Shown one piece after another: positions 48,801 to 64,000 of a DNA stretch of 64,000 nucleotides. Position 1 is the stretch's first letter. Every line of letters begins with the position of its first letter. Made by a program: the position numbers and the translations under genes. The notes below the pieces were generated by a model, which saw nothing but the letters and a program-made list of their open reading frames with translations, searched no databases and was not told where the DNA came from. Origin of the DNA: an uncultured Actinomycetes bacterium (GTDB lineage: Bacteria; Actinomycetota; Actinomycetes; Streptosporangiales; Streptosporangiaceae); contig CAVUBD010000001.1 of the NCBI GenBank assembly GCA_963739615.1, forward strand, positions 44,590 through 108,589, written 5' to 3'.

Positions 48801-49958
48801 TCAGGCCCGCAGGCCGGTTACGTCGCGGGCGATGATCGTCTTCATGATCTCGGAGGTGCCGCCGTAAATGGTCTGCACCCGGGCGTCGGCGTAGGCGCGC
48901 GCGATCGGGTACTCGGCCATGTAGCCGTAGCCGCCGAACAGCTGCAGGCAGCGGTCCAGGACGCGATGCTGCACCTCGGTCGCCCAGAGCTTGGCCTTGG
49001 CCGCGTCGACCACCGTCAGCGTGCCCTCGTTCAGCGCCAGCACCGCCTTGTCCAGGTAGGCCTCGAGCACGTCGGTCTCGGTCACCGCCGTGGCCAGCTC
49101 GAAGCCGGTGTTCTGGAACGCGGCCAGCGGCTGCCCGAACGCGGTGCGGTGGGTGGTGTACTCGACGGTCCAGTCGATGGCGGCCCGGACGGCGGCCAGC
49201 GCCATCATCGCGATCGACATCCGCTCGCGCGGGAGCCGCTCCATCAGGTGCACGAAGCCGCCGCCCTCGTGGCCGAGCAGGTTGGCCGCGGGCACCCGGA
49301 CGTCGTCGAAGAACAGCTCGGCCGTGTCCTGGGCGTGCATGCCGATCTTGTCCAGCTTGCGGCCGCGGGTGAAGCCGGGCATGCCGCGTTCGGCCACCAG
49401 CAGGCTGATGCCGCGCGAGCCCGCGTTGGGATCGGTGCGCGCCACCACGATGACCAGATCGGCGTTGATGCCGTTGGTGATGAACGTCTTGGCGCCGTTG
49501 AGCACCCAGCCGTCTTGATCGCGGACCGCCGTGGTGCGGATGCCCTGCAGGTCGCTGCCGGCCCCCGGTTCGGTCATGGCGATGGCGCCGATCCACTCCC
49601 CGGCCGCCATCGGCGGCAGCCAGCGGGCTTTCTGCTCGTCGGTGCCCAGGTCGAGGAGGTAGGGGATGGCGATGTCGTCCTGCAGGCCGAAGCCCGAACT
49701 GAGCGAGGTCGCACAGACCCGGGCTAGTTCTTCGATGACCACGCAGCGGTAGCGGAAGTCGTCCGTGCCGGCGCCGCCGTACTCCTCCGGGACCGGGAGG
49801 CCGATGATGGACTGCTTGCCGGCCGCCAGCCAGGTCTGCCGGTCGACGCCGCGCTCTTGCTCCCAGCGCCCGGCGTTGGGTGTGACCTCCCGTTTGACGA
49901 AGGCCCGCACCACCCCTCGGAATGCCTCGTGGTCCGGCTCGTACAGGTTCCTGCGCAC
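48801..49958 (-). CDS. Acyl-CoA dehydrogenase
   Basis: 385 aa. AMTEPGAGSD, KTFITNG, and C-terminal QIYGGTSEIMKTIIAR. Confidence 0.9.
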   Translation of the reverse strand: MRRNLYEPDHEAFRGVVRAFVKREVTPNAGRWEQERGVDRQTWLAAGKQSIIGLPVPEEYGGAGTDDFRYRCVVIEELARVCATSLSSGFGLQDDIAIPYLLDLGTDEQKARWLPPMAAGEWIGAIAMTEPGAGSDLQGIRTTAVRDQDGWVLNGAKTFITNGINADLVIVVARTDPNAGSRGISLLVAERGMPGFTRGRKLDKIGMHAQDTAELFFDDVRVPAANLLGHEGGGFVHLMERLPRERMSIAMMALAAVRAAIDWTVEYTTHRTAFGQPLAAFQNTGFELATAVTETDVLEAYLDKAVLALNEGTLTVVDAAKAKLWATEVQHRVLDRCLQLFGGYGYMAEYPIARAYADARVQTIYGGTSEIMKTIIARDVTGLRA

Positions 49959-49959
49959 G

Positions 49960-50373
49960 TCAACGTCCTTTCCACACCGGAGCGCGTTTCTCGGCGAACG
50001 CCCGGGCTCCCTCTTGGGCGTCCCGCGAGGTGAAGACCGGCGTCATCACCCTGGCCGCCTCATCCCACCGCTGGCTGGCCGGCCAGTCGCCGCCACCGTA
50101 GGCGATCTCCTTGGTAGCCGCGAGGGCCAGCCCGCGACCAGGGAAGGACGGCACCTCGCCGGCCAGGAAGGCCTTGAGGTCCATCCCGGCGGAGAACATG
50201 CCGCCGGCCCCGGTGAGCACCCCCGCCCGCAGGTCGTCATCGGCGTCAAGCTCGTCGGCCGCGTCACGGATGCCGGCCGCCACCGCCCCGTTCAGGGCGT
50301 TGCGCGCCTGCGGCCGGTTGATGGTGATGAGGAGTACCGCACCTGCGCGCTCAACGAGTACCTCGCCGCTCAT
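49960..50373 (-). pseudogene. Enoyl-CoA hydratase/crotonase with a large internal in-frame deletion
   Basis: 137 aa against the usual ~250-260. The N-terminal LLITINRPQARNAL...FSAGMDLK joins directly to the C-terminal ATKEI...FTSRDAQEGARAFAEKRAPVWKGR. The oxyanion/catalytic Glu core is missing. Confidence 0.7.
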
Positions 50374-50469
50374 CCCAACTCCACCTGCTCTGGCTCGGCA
50401 CCGGGACCCTGCCTGAGACCATAATGGGCGAAGGACGCCTCCACCACCAGTCCGCCATCAGGGAGCATC

Positions 50470-51899
50470 ATGGCCGATCCGCCACTGTCTGCCGGACAGC
50501 CCGACGAGCTCAGCCCGCTGGACTACCTGATGCACCGGGGTGAGGCCCGTCCGGCCACCCGGTCCGCGTTCTTGAACCTGGAAATCCTGGACCGCCCGGC
50601 CGACTGGGCCGGCTGCGCGAGGCCATGGACCGGGCCAGCCGGGTGATCATCAGGATGCGGCAGAAGGTGGTGGTACCGCCGGTCCCGACGACGCCGCCGC
50701 GGTGGGTTATCGATCCCGACTTCGAGCTTGACTACCATCTGCGCCGGATCGCGCTGCCCGCCCCTGGCACGCTGCGTCAGCTCCTGGACCTGGCCGAGAT
50801 CACGCTGCAGTCGCCGCTGGACACCTCGCGGGCCCTATGGGAAGCGGTGTACGTCGAGGGCCTGGAAGGCGGGCGGGCCGCGTTGGCGACCAAGCTCAGC
50901 CATGCGATCACCGACGGGCTGGGCGGCATCGCGCTGTTCGAGCAGGTCTACGACACCGAGCGGGATGCGGCGCCGCGGCCGATGCCGCCGGTGCCGGTGC
51001 CGCGTGACCTGAGCGGCAACGACCTGGTGCGCGACAGCCTGCGGCAGCTGCCGGAGACGACGTTCAGCGCCGGGCGGCGGCTGCTGGGCGGCGCAGCGGC
51101 CAACGTGGGCCGCCTGGTGACACAGCCGGGTTCGGCGGTGGCGGAGGCGATCGGCTTCGCGGATTCGGCTCGCCGGGTGCTCGGGCCGCCGTCGGCCGAG
51201 CCGTCGCCGCTGCTGCGCCGCCGGAGCCTGGCCACCCGCACCCACGTGCTCGAACTGCCGCTCGCCGAGCTGCGCGCGGCAGCCAAGACCGTGGGAGCGT
51301 CGGTCAACGACGCCTATCTGGCGGCGCTGTGCGGCGGTCTGGGCCGGTACCACGAAGTGCTCGGCGTGCCAGTCGAGGCTCTGCCGCTGGCGCTGCCGGT
51401 CAGCCTGCGGACCGGGGACGACCCGGCCTCGGGCAACAGGTTCGCGGGCGTCTACATCGCCGCGCCGATGAGTGAACCCGATCCCGCCGCGCGGATGCGG
51501 CAGATCCGCGAGCAGGTGATCGCGGGCCGCAGCGAGCCTGCCATCGACGTTGTCGGGCGGCTCGCGCCGGTTCTCAACCTGCTCCCCGACGAGACGCTGC
51601 TCGGGGTCACCGAACGGATCACGCCGCCGGACGTCCAGGCCAGCAACGTGCCCGGCTACGCGCAGGAGACGTTCCTGGCCGGGGCCAGGGTAGACAGGCA
51701 GTACGGGCTCGGGCCGATGCCCCGGGTGGCCATGATGGCGATCCTGGTCTCCCGGGCGGGCACGTGCACGGTGGCGTTCCGCTATGACACAGAGTCGTTC
51801 AGCGCGGCTGATCAGCTGGAGAAGTGCCTGCAGCTCGGTTTCGACGAGGTGGTGGAGCTGGGGCGGCCGCGCCGGAGCTCGGGCGGGGGGAACTCATGA
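50470..51899 (+). pseudogene. WS/DGAT-family acyltransferase (wax ester synthase / triacylglycerol synthase), frameshifted near 50608-50612
   Basis: ATG at 50470 after GGGAG gives MADPPLSAGQPDELSPLDYLMHRGE...DRPADWA. Reading continues in ORF 50625-51899 (RLREAMDRASR...LSHAITDGLGG). One base appears to be missing in gcc(c)gg. Confidence 0.8.
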
Positions 51900-53425
51900 C
51901 CGCCACGCCGCTGCGATTGCCGGGCTCGGTGGCCGAGGTCGATGCTAGTCCGGCAGGCCCGCACGTCGGCGCGTTCTTCGACCTGGACGGCACGCTGGTG
52001 GCCGGGTTCACGGTCGCGGCCGTCACCAAGGACCGGCTGCGGCGCCGGGAAGTCGGCGCGGGCGAGTTCCTGCACATGATGCAGCTGGCCCTGGCCTACC
52101 GGCTCGGCCGGCACCAGTTCGAGAACGTGATCGAGGGGGCGGTCCATGCGGCCAAGGGACGGCTCGCCGAGGACGTCGAGGAAATGGGCGAGCGGGTCTT
52201 CCGGCAGTCGGTGTCCGACCTGATTTACCCGGAGATGCGCGAGCGGGTCCGCGCCCACCTGCGCCGCGGCCACACCGTGGTGCTGAGCTCGTCCGCCCTC
52301 AGCATGCAGGCCGAACCGGTGGCCAGGTACCTCGGCATCGACCACGTGGTGTGCAACCGGTTCGTCGTCGACGAGCACGGGATGCTGACCGGCGACATCG
52401 TGCGCCCGGTGATCTGGGGCCCCACCAAGGCGGCCGGCGTCCAGCGGTTCGCCGCCGATCATGACATCGACCTGCGGTCCAGCTATTTCTACGCCGACGG
52501 CGACGAAGACCTCGGACTCATGTACCTGGTCGGCAAGCCGCGGCCGGTCAATCCGGGACCGGAAATGAGCAAGGTGGCCGCCCGCCGCGGCTGGCCCGTC
52601 CTGCGGTTCAGCAGCCGGGACGCCGGCGGTCCGCTGGCTGGGGTGCGCACCCTGGCGAGCATCGGCACGCTGGGCCCGCTGGCCGCGGGCGCGCTGGGCA
52701 TCGGCGTGCTGACCCGGGACAAGCGCTCCGGCGTCAACTTCCTGACCCGGTACTGGCCGGAGACCGTGCTCACGCTGAGTGGCGTCACGCTCAACGTGAC
52801 CGGCGGTTCGAACCTGACCGCGCAGCGGCCGGCCGTCTTCTTGTTCAACCACCGCAACAACTTCGACGTGCTCATGGTGGCCGCGCTGGTCCGGGACAAC
52901 TGGACCGGCGTCGGCAAGATAGAGCTGGCAAGCAACCCGCTGATCGGGCCGCTCGGGAAGCTGATGGACGCCGCGTTCATCGACCGCGCGGACACCGCCT
53001 CGGCCGTGTCGGCGCTGGCGGGGGTCGAAGAGGCGGCCGGTAAGGGACTGTCGATCCTGATCGCCCCGGAGGGGAGCCGGATGGACGCCCAGGCGGTGGG
53101 ACCGCTGAGCGTCGGCCCGTTCAAGAAGGGCGCCTTCAGGATCGCCATGGCCACCGGCCTGCCGATCGTCCCGATCGTGATCAGGAACTCCGATTCGGTG
53201 GCGGGGCGCAATGCCTACCGGCTTGTTCCGGGCACCGTCGACATCGCGGTACTGCCGCCCATCGACGTCAGCGGCTGGACCTACGAGGAGCTGCCGAAGC
53301 TGATTGAGCAGGTCAGGACGCGGTACCTGGAGACGCTGGCCGAGTGGCCGGCCGGGGAGCCGGGCGCTGACGAGAAGCCGGGCGCTGACGAGGAGCCGGG
53401 CGGGAGTGGCGATCCGCAGGGATGA
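51896..53425 (+). CDS. plsC: HAD-IB phosphatase fused to a 1-acyl-sn-glycerol-3-phosphate acyltransferase (PlsC-type)
   Basis: Start ATG overlaps the upstream stop (ATGA). HAD motif I FFDLDGTLV; acyltransferase HX4D FNHRNNFD and IAPEGSR. Confidence 0.85.
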   Translation: MTATPLRLPGSVAEVDASPAGPHVGAFFDLDGTLVAGFTVAAVTKDRLRRREVGAGEFLHMMQLALAYRLGRHQFENVIEGAVHAAKGRLAEDVEEMGERVFRQSVSDLIYPEMRERVRAHLRRGHTVVLSSSALSMQAEPVARYLGIDHVVCNRFVVDEHGMLTGDIVRPVIWGPTKAAGVQRFAADHDIDLRSSYFYADGDEDLGLMYLVGKPRPVNPGPEMSKVAARRGWPVLRFSSRDAGGPLAGVRTLASIGTLGPLAAGALGIGVLTRDKRSGVNFLTRYWPETVLTLSGVTLNVTGGSNLTAQRPAVFLFNHRNNFDVLMVAALVRDNWTGVGKIELASNPLIGPLGKLMDAAFIDRADTASAVSALAGVEEAAGKGLSILIAPEGSRMDAQAVGPLSVGPFKKGAFRIAMATGLPIVPIVIRNSDSVAGRNAYRLVPGTVDIAVLPPIDVSGWTYEELPKLIEQVRTRYLETLAEWPAGEPGADEKPGADEEPGGSGDPQG

Positions 53426-55782
53426 GCGGGATAGCTGACCTGGCGGAGCTGCTGGCCGACGGGACCGAGACGGTGCTGCTCACGCAGGCTGCTACGGCGA
53501 CAGAAGCGAGGCTTATCCGGAAGCAGATCGCCGCGGCGGGCGGGACGGGCCAGGCGGTGATCAGCCTGGGCGCGCCGGGCAGCGGGCTTCTCGGGCCCCT
53601 GCCTGAGGCCCTGCCTGAAGCCTTGCTCGAAGGCGAGGAAGACGTCCGGCTTGTGCCGGTCAGAGTGGCCTGGCTGCCGGAGGAACGCGCAGGCCGGCGC
53701 GCGGCTCAGCTGGCCCACATCCTGCCCGGGCAGGACCCGTATCACCCCAGCGAGCGTCAGCAGCAGCGGATCCTGGCCCGCGAGCCGGAACGGGCCACCG
53801 TACTCGTCGGCGAGCCGGCCACGGTCGGCTCACTGCGACGGCAGTGGGCCGAGACCACTGGAGGTGATAACCCGGCCGATTTCGGCGGCTACGTGATACG
53901 CCGCGCCACGCTGGCGCTCGACCGGGCCGAGTACCGCCTGCTCGGGCCCAGGTACCGGACGCCGAGCCTGGTGAAAGAGGAGATTCTGTCCTCGCGCCGG
54001 TTCCGTTCCGGGCTGGGCCAGGTGCACCGGGGCCCGGACCAGGCGCCACCGTCCGCGGCCGAAGCGGGCCGGATCCTCGACGAGCTCGTGGCCGGCTGGA
54101 GCCGCCGGTTCATCGACATCATGCCGACCGTGGGGCGGCTGGTCTTCCAGCGCGGCTTCGACTCGCAGATCGACTACGACGAGGGCCAGGTCGAACGGCT
54201 GCGCGCGGCGATGGAGCGCCACCCGGGCATCTTCTTGTGGTCGCACCGGTCCAACCTGGACAGCCTCGTGCTCACCGCGGCCATGCAGGAGAAGGGCCTG
54301 CCGCCCGCGCACCTGTTCGCCGGCATCAACATGGCGTTCGGGCCGATGGGGGCCATCTTGCGGCGCGCCGGGGTGATCTTCCTCCGGCGCTCGACCGGCG
54401 ACGACCCGCTGTACAAGTACGTACTGCGCGAGTACGTCGGCTACGTCCTCGAGAAGCGGTTCAACCTCAGCTGGTCGATCGAGGGCACCCGCTCGCGCAC
54501 CGGGAAGATGCTCCCGCCGCGGCTGGGCCTGCTGTCCTACGCGGCCGACGCCTACCTCCAGGGACGGGTGGACGACATCTTGCTGCTGCCGGTATCGATC
54601 TCCTTCGACCAGCTGCACGAGATCGCCGAGTACGCCGACTACGCACGAGGCGGGCAGAAGAAACCCGAGGGATTCGGCTGGCTCTACGGCTTCATCAAGG
54701 CGCAGGGCGCCCGTCACTACGGCAAGGTCTATGTGCGGTTCGGCGAGCCGGTCTCGCTGAGTTCGTTCCTCGGACCGCGGGGCGGTCCGGTCGCCACGGA
54801 TCCCGCGGCCCTGCGGCTGGCCCTGCAGAAGACCGCGTTCGAGGTGGCGTGGCGGATCAACCAGGGCATGCCGGTCACGGCGACCGCCATGGTCACCACG
54901 GTCCTGCTGGCCATGCAGGGAACCGCCCTGACGTTCGGCCAGATCCGGCTGGGCCTGGCCGACGCTTTGTCATACCTGGACAGCCGGGGGGTGCCTCGGA
55001 CGGCTAGCGCACGGGCACTGTCGGCGGCGGAGCCGGTCCGGGCGACGCTGGACGCGCTAGTGGCGGGGGGGCTCGTCACCTGTACCGCGGACGGGCGCGA
55101 GCCGGTCTGGCTGATCGGGCCCGAGCACCAGCTCGCCGCCACCTTCTACCGGAACTCGCTGATTCACTTCCTGCTCGACACGGCGCTGTGCGAGCTGGCC
55201 GTGCTGCGGGCCAAGGAAGCCATCTCCGAGCCGGTCGGGGCATTCTGGGACGAGATCGCCCGGCTGCGCGATCTGCTGAAGTTCGAGTTCTACTTCAAGG
55301 ACCGCGACGAGCACCGGCGCCAGGTGCAGGCCGAGATGAACCGGCATGACCCTTACTGGGAAGAGCGGCTGCGCGGCGGGCCGCTCGAAGCGGACGTGCT
55401 GCTGGCGGCGATGCGGCCGCTGGTGTCGCACGTCGTGGTGCGGCCGTTCGTCGAGGCTTACCGGATCGTGGCTGACGTGCTGGCCGACGACGCCACGCTG
55501 GTCGACAGGGACGAGGTGATTCGCCGGGCGCTCGGGCTCGGGCGGCAGTACGTGGCCCAGCGCCGGCTGCGCAGCTCCGAATCGGTTTCCGCGCTGCTGT
55601 TCCAGACGGCCCTCCAGCTGACTGACAACAGGGGGCTGTTTGAGGCGGGCCCGGACGTCGCGACACGGCGGGCCGCCTTTCGCGCCGAACTGCGCGCCCT
55701 GCTCCGCCGCCTGGACCAGGTCGAGGCCATCGCTTTGCGGCGTTACCTCACGGAGTCCGTCAGCGTGACGCCGGCGGACTGA
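53422..55782 (+). CDS. plsB: Glycerol-3-phosphate 1-O-acyltransferase (PlsB-type)
   Basis: 786 aa. 4-bp overlap with plsC. HX4D SHRSNLD, FLRRS and IEGTRSRTGK blocks. Confidence 0.9.
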   Translation: MSGIADLAELLADGTETVLLTQAATATEARLIRKQIAAAGGTGQAVISLGAPGSGLLGPLPEALPEALLEGEEDVRLVPVRVAWLPEERAGRRAAQLAHILPGQDPYHPSERQQQRILAREPERATVLVGEPATVGSLRRQWAETTGGDNPADFGGYVIRRATLALDRAEYRLLGPRYRTPSLVKEEILSSRRFRSGLGQVHRGPDQAPPSAAEAGRILDELVAGWSRRFIDIMPTVGRLVFQRGFDSQIDYDEGQVERLRAAMERHPGIFLWSHRSNLDSLVLTAAMQEKGLPPAHLFAGINMAFGPMGAILRRAGVIFLRRSTGDDPLYKYVLREYVGYVLEKRFNLSWSIEGTRSRTGKMLPPRLGLLSYAADAYLQGRVDDILLLPVSISFDQLHEIAEYADYARGGQKKPEGFGWLYGFIKAQGARHYGKVYVRFGEPVSLSSFLGPRGGPVATDPAALRLALQKTAFEVAWRINQGMPVTATAMVTTVLLAMQGTALTFGQIRLGLADALSYLDSRGVPRTASARALSAAEPVRATLDALVAGGLVTCTADGREPVWLIGPEHQLAATFYRNSLIHFLLDTALCELAVLRAKEAISEPVGAFWDEIARLRDLLKFEFYFKDRDEHRRQVQAEMNRHDPYWEERLRGGPLEADVLLAAMRPLVSHVVVRPFVEAYRIVADVLADDATLVDRDEVIRRALGLGRQYVAQRRLRSSESVSALLFQTALQLTDNRGLFEAGPDVATRRAAFRAELRALLRRLDQVEAIALRRYLTESVSVTPAD

Positions 55783-55904
55783 GGCCGCAGCGCGCGCAGC
55801 GGACCAACGTCCCAGCGCACCGGGACTTTCGGCCGGGCAGCGCGGGTAGCAGCATTACAGATGATGGACGAGGTGTTTACCACCCGCGACCTGAGGAGCC
55901 CGAC

Positions 55905-61307
<5,403 letters not shown>

Positions 61308-61324
61308 GATACCGCGCCCTGAGA

Positions 61325-62485
61325 TCAGGCCTGGATGGCGGCGCCGCACGCGACCAGGTCGGCCGCGTCGGCCAGGCCCCACTCGGTGAGCGCCTCGGTA
61401 GTGTGGAAGCCGGGCACGGGCGCCGGGCCGGGCAGCTGGCCGGGGGTGCGGGAAAAACGCGGCGCCGGAGACGGCTGGGTGACGCCGTCCCGGCCGGCGT
61501 ACGTCTGCCGGGCGGTCAGGTGCGGGTCGCCGGCGGCTTCTGTCATCGACAGCACCGGTTCGACACAGGCGTCGGTTCCGGCGAAGGTCGCCGCCCACTC
61601 GTCTCTGGTCCGGTCCTTGAACCGGGCCGAAAGCAGCGCGCGCAGCTCAGGCCAGTTCCGCGGATCGTCACGGCCGGGCGCCTCGGTCAGCCCCAGGCCG
61701 GCGAGTAGCGCGGCGTAGAACTGCGGCTCCAGGGCACCGACGGCCATCCACTGGCCGTCCGCCGTCTCGTACACGTCGTACCAGGGCGCGCCGCCATCGA
61801 GCAGGTTCACGCCGCGCTCGTCGCGCCAGCGGTCCTGGGCCATGAACATCAGCGGCATCGCGAGCAGCAACGCCACCCCGTCCACGATGGCCGCGTCAAC
61901 CACCTGGCCCTGCCCGGACGTGGCCCTTTCGACCAGGGCCGCGCAGATGCCATAGGCCATGAGCATGCCCCCGCCGCCGAAGTCGCCGAGCAGGTTGGCC
62001 GGAAACTGAGGCGGGCCGCCGGCCCGGCCCAGGCCGTGCAGGGCGCCGGCCCTGGCGATGTAGCCGATGTCGTGCCCGGCTGCCGTGGCGAGCGGTCCTT
62101 CCTGGCCCCAGCCGGTCATCCGCGCGTAGACCAGCCGGGGATTGCGGCGCAGGCATACCTCCGGTCCGGCTCCCAGGCGCTCGGTCACCCCCGGCCGGAA
62201 TCCCTCGAGCAGCACGTCGGCGGCGTCGGCGAGCCGGAGCAGCGCGTCGGTGGCGCGCGGATGCTTCAGGTCGAGGACGGCGGACTTGCGACCGCGGTTC
62301 AGGAACTCACGCTCGGGCCAGGGATTCCCGGCTCCGGGACGGTCGATGCGCAGCACGGTCGCGCCCTGGTCGGCCAGCATCATGGCGCAGAACGGCCCGG
62401 GCCCGATGCTTGCGAGCTCGAGCACGCGCACCCCGGTGAGCGGCCCCCGGCGGCCTGGCGCCGGGGCCGGTTCGGGCCCGCTCAT
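61325..62485 (-). CDS. CaiB/BaiF family III CoA-transferase (alpha-methylacyl-CoA racemase-like)
   Basis: 386 aa. LTGVRVLELASIGPGPFCAMMLADQGATVLRIDRP is the family N-terminus. Confidence 0.85.
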   Translation of the reverse strand: MSGPEPAPAPGRRGPLTGVRVLELASIGPGPFCAMMLADQGATVLRIDRPGAGNPWPEREFLNRGRKSAVLDLKHPRATDALLRLADAADVLLEGFRPGVTERLGAGPEVCLRRNPRLVYARMTGWGQEGPLATAAGHDIGYIARAGALHGLGRAGGPPQFPANLLGDFGGGGMLMAYGICAALVERATSGQGQVVDAAIVDGVALLLAMPLMFMAQDRWRDERGVNLLDGGAPWYDVYETADGQWMAVGALEPQFYAALLAGLGLTEAPGRDDPRNWPELRALLSARFKDRTRDEWAATFAGTDACVEPVLSMTEAAGDPHLTARQTYAGRDGVTQPSPAPRFSRTPGQLPGPAPVPGFHTTEALTEWGLADAADLVACGAAIQA

Positions 62486-62521
62486 ACGGTCGCTACCTCC
62501 GGTGCGCTGACTCTGCCGACG

Positions 62522-63322
62522 TCAGATGTCGAGGCGTTCCTGGCCTCCGCGTATCCCGGCCAGCAGCTGCTCGATGATCTCCCTGGACAGCGACTGCTGC
62601 CACTCGCCGAACTGCCCGCGAATGAGGAAACCCCCCGGAGCAGGGTCGACCGAGGTCAGCATGAACCCGGCGGGCAGGTCCCGGATGGGCAGGAAGAACG
62701 CCGGGGACCGCAGGGACATACGCCAGTCGAGCAGGTACACCGCTCGCGGCCGCGCGCTGATCGAGCGCCCCTCGGCGGCGGTCTGGAGTTCGAGCCGCAC
62801 CCACGGCACCCCCATCAGATCGACCTGCGGGACGCCCTCCTTCATCACCACCTGCAGCCGGGGTGACACGGTGGCCAGCCAGTGCGACGCGAACGAGGCG
62901 GAGACGAAGGCCTCCAGGAGCACGGGCGCAGCCACCAGCTTCGGCCGTGCGCCCGGCCGCAAGTGCACGTTCCTGGCCTGTATCTCTACCCGCTCGAACT
63001 GGTAGGCGTCCCACTGAACGTCGCGTCCGGAGATGACGATGTTGCCGTACTGGCCCACGACCCGGGCCAGGTCCGTTCCCCCCATCGAGATATCGGACAG
63101 GGTCAGGGTCAGGTCATGCCCGGAAAACCGGAACGTCCTCTTCTTCCCGACGAGCCAGGCCCGGGCGGCTTCCACCAGAGCGGCGACCGGATCCCCGGGC
63201 AGGGTTCCGGGCTGAGGCAGGCCAACCGACGCGGCCGCGGCCGAGGACATGGCGACGATGTCGCTCAAGCTCCGCTTCCAGTCGTCGGTCCACGAACGGT
63301 CGAAGGGCCACCACTCAGTCAT
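62522..63322 (-). CDS. Conserved hypothetical protein
   Basis: 266 aa with high GC3. No motif I can name with confidence. Confidence 0.6.
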   Translation of the reverse strand: MTEWWPFDRSWTDDWKRSLSDIVAMSSAAAASVGLPQPGTLPGDPVAALVEAARAWLVGKKRTFRFSGHDLTLTLSDISMGGTDLARVVGQYGNIVISGRDVQWDAYQFERVEIQARNVHLRPGARPKLVAAPVLLEAFVSASFASHWLATVSPRLQVVMKEGVPQVDLMGVPWVRLELQTAAEGRSISARPRAVYLLDWRMSLRSPAFFLPIRDLPAGFMLTSVDPAPGGFLIRGQFGEWQQSLSREIIEQLLAGIRGGQERLDI

Positions 63323-63409
63323 GGCGCCAGCCTGTCACAGGGCCCGCAGCCGGGCAACGGGGCGTACCCGCCGGGGCGGCGGCACCGGGCCGGCGGCGGG
63401 CGCCGGGCG

Positions 63410-64000
63410 TCATCCCGGCTCCCGTTCGTGACCGGCCGGGATGCGCAGGCCCCGGTAGGCATCCGACGCGGGGATCGCTCCGGTCAGGACCCGGTACACC
63501 TCCTGGCAGACGGGCATCTCCATGCCGTAGCGCTTGGCCAGCTCGTGCACGGTAAAGGCGGTGCCGACGCCTTCGGCGACCGTGCGGGTCGCGCCGAGAA
63601 CCTCCGCCAGCGTCCGGCCGGCGCCGAGTTGCTCGCCGAGCGACCGGTTGCGGCTCAGCGGGCTCATGCAGGTGGCGATGAGGTCACCCATGCCGGCCAG
63701 GCCGGCGAAGGTCTCGGCCCGGCCGCCCATCGCGACGCCCAGCCGGGTGAGCTCGGCCAGGCCACGGCAGACCACCGCCGCCCGGGTGTTGTCGCCGACG
63801 CCGAGCCCTTGAGCGATGCCGGTCGCGATGGCCACCACGTTCTTGAGGGCCCCGCCTAGCTCGCATCCGATCACGTCGTCGTTGGTGTAGATACGGAACA
63901 GCCCCCGCTGCATGACGGACTGCAGCGCCCGGGCCACGTCGAGGTCATCGGTCGCGATCACGCTGGCCGCGGCCTGCCCGGCCATGATCTCCTTGGCCAG
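63410..64000 (-). CDS. gpsA: NAD(P)H-dependent glycerol-3-phosphate dehydrogenase, 3' part (gene continues beyond the window)
   Basis: GCELGGALKNVVAIATGI, AGMGDLIATC and NRSLGEQLG are GpsA C-terminal-domain blocks. The frame stays open to the window edge. Confidence 0.85.
   Translation of the reverse strand: MAKEIMAGQAAASVIATDDLDVARALQSVMQRGLFRIYTNDDVIGCELGGALKNVVAIATGIAQGLGVGDNTRAAVVCRGLAELTRLGVAMGGRAETFAGLAGMGDLIATCMSPLSRNRSLGEQLGAGRTLAEVLGATRTVAEGVGTAFTVHELAKRYGMEMPVCQEVYRVLTGAIPASDAYRGLRIPAGHEREPG

Overview
High-GC actinomycete-type chromosomal DNA. GC was not computed exactly; third codon positions are strongly G/C-biased and long spurious antisense ORFs are common. All calls come from reading the supplied translations and the DNA, with motif recognition from memory. 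No homology search was run.

Layout:
- (1) 1-12.5 kb, defence/conflict island. It holds the 5' end of an HTH-containing, probably N6-DNA-methylase gene and a Hanks Ser/Thr kinase. Divergent from these is a tightly coupled four-gene operon: Cas4/RecB-like Fe-S nuclease, Zn-ribbon REase, a ~1200-aa DinG-like helicase and a ~920-aa protein. I read this as a pPIWI-RE (PIWI-RE) system with one extra nuclease. An IS982-family element sits 19 bp downstream.
- (2) 12.5-24 kb, mobilizable-element-like segment. It contains MobC plus a relaxase, XRE/TPR regulators, NUDIX and TauD-like genes, a WhiJ-type XRE/DUF397/anti-sigma-like ATPase cluster, and an unusual run of four overlapping HTH genes.
- (3) 24-30 kb, gene-decay zone of fragments.
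- (4) 30-38 kb. AcuC-type deacetylase, Pat-type acetyltransferase, a two-component system and a deletion-damaged ABC transporter.
- (5) 38.5-44.3 kb. Remnants of a Tn3 transposase, an IS5 element and an integrase, a palindrome-bearing tandem repeat, and a RelE/YefM pair.
- (6) 44.6-50.4 kb. Rieske oxygenase, dienelactone hydrolase, acyl-CoA dehydrogenase and a shortened enoyl-CoA hydratase.
- (7) 50.5-64 kb, glycerolipid cluster. WS/DGAT, HAD-PlsC fusion and PlsB, then an 1800-aa single-chain biotin carboxylase-like protein whose biotin carboxylase domain looks catalytically dead, a CoA-transferase and gpsA.

At least five otherwise intact genes are split by single-base shifts in G/C runs. Many of the 'pseudogenes' may therefore be assembly indels. 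No rRNA, tRNA or CRISPR array was seen.
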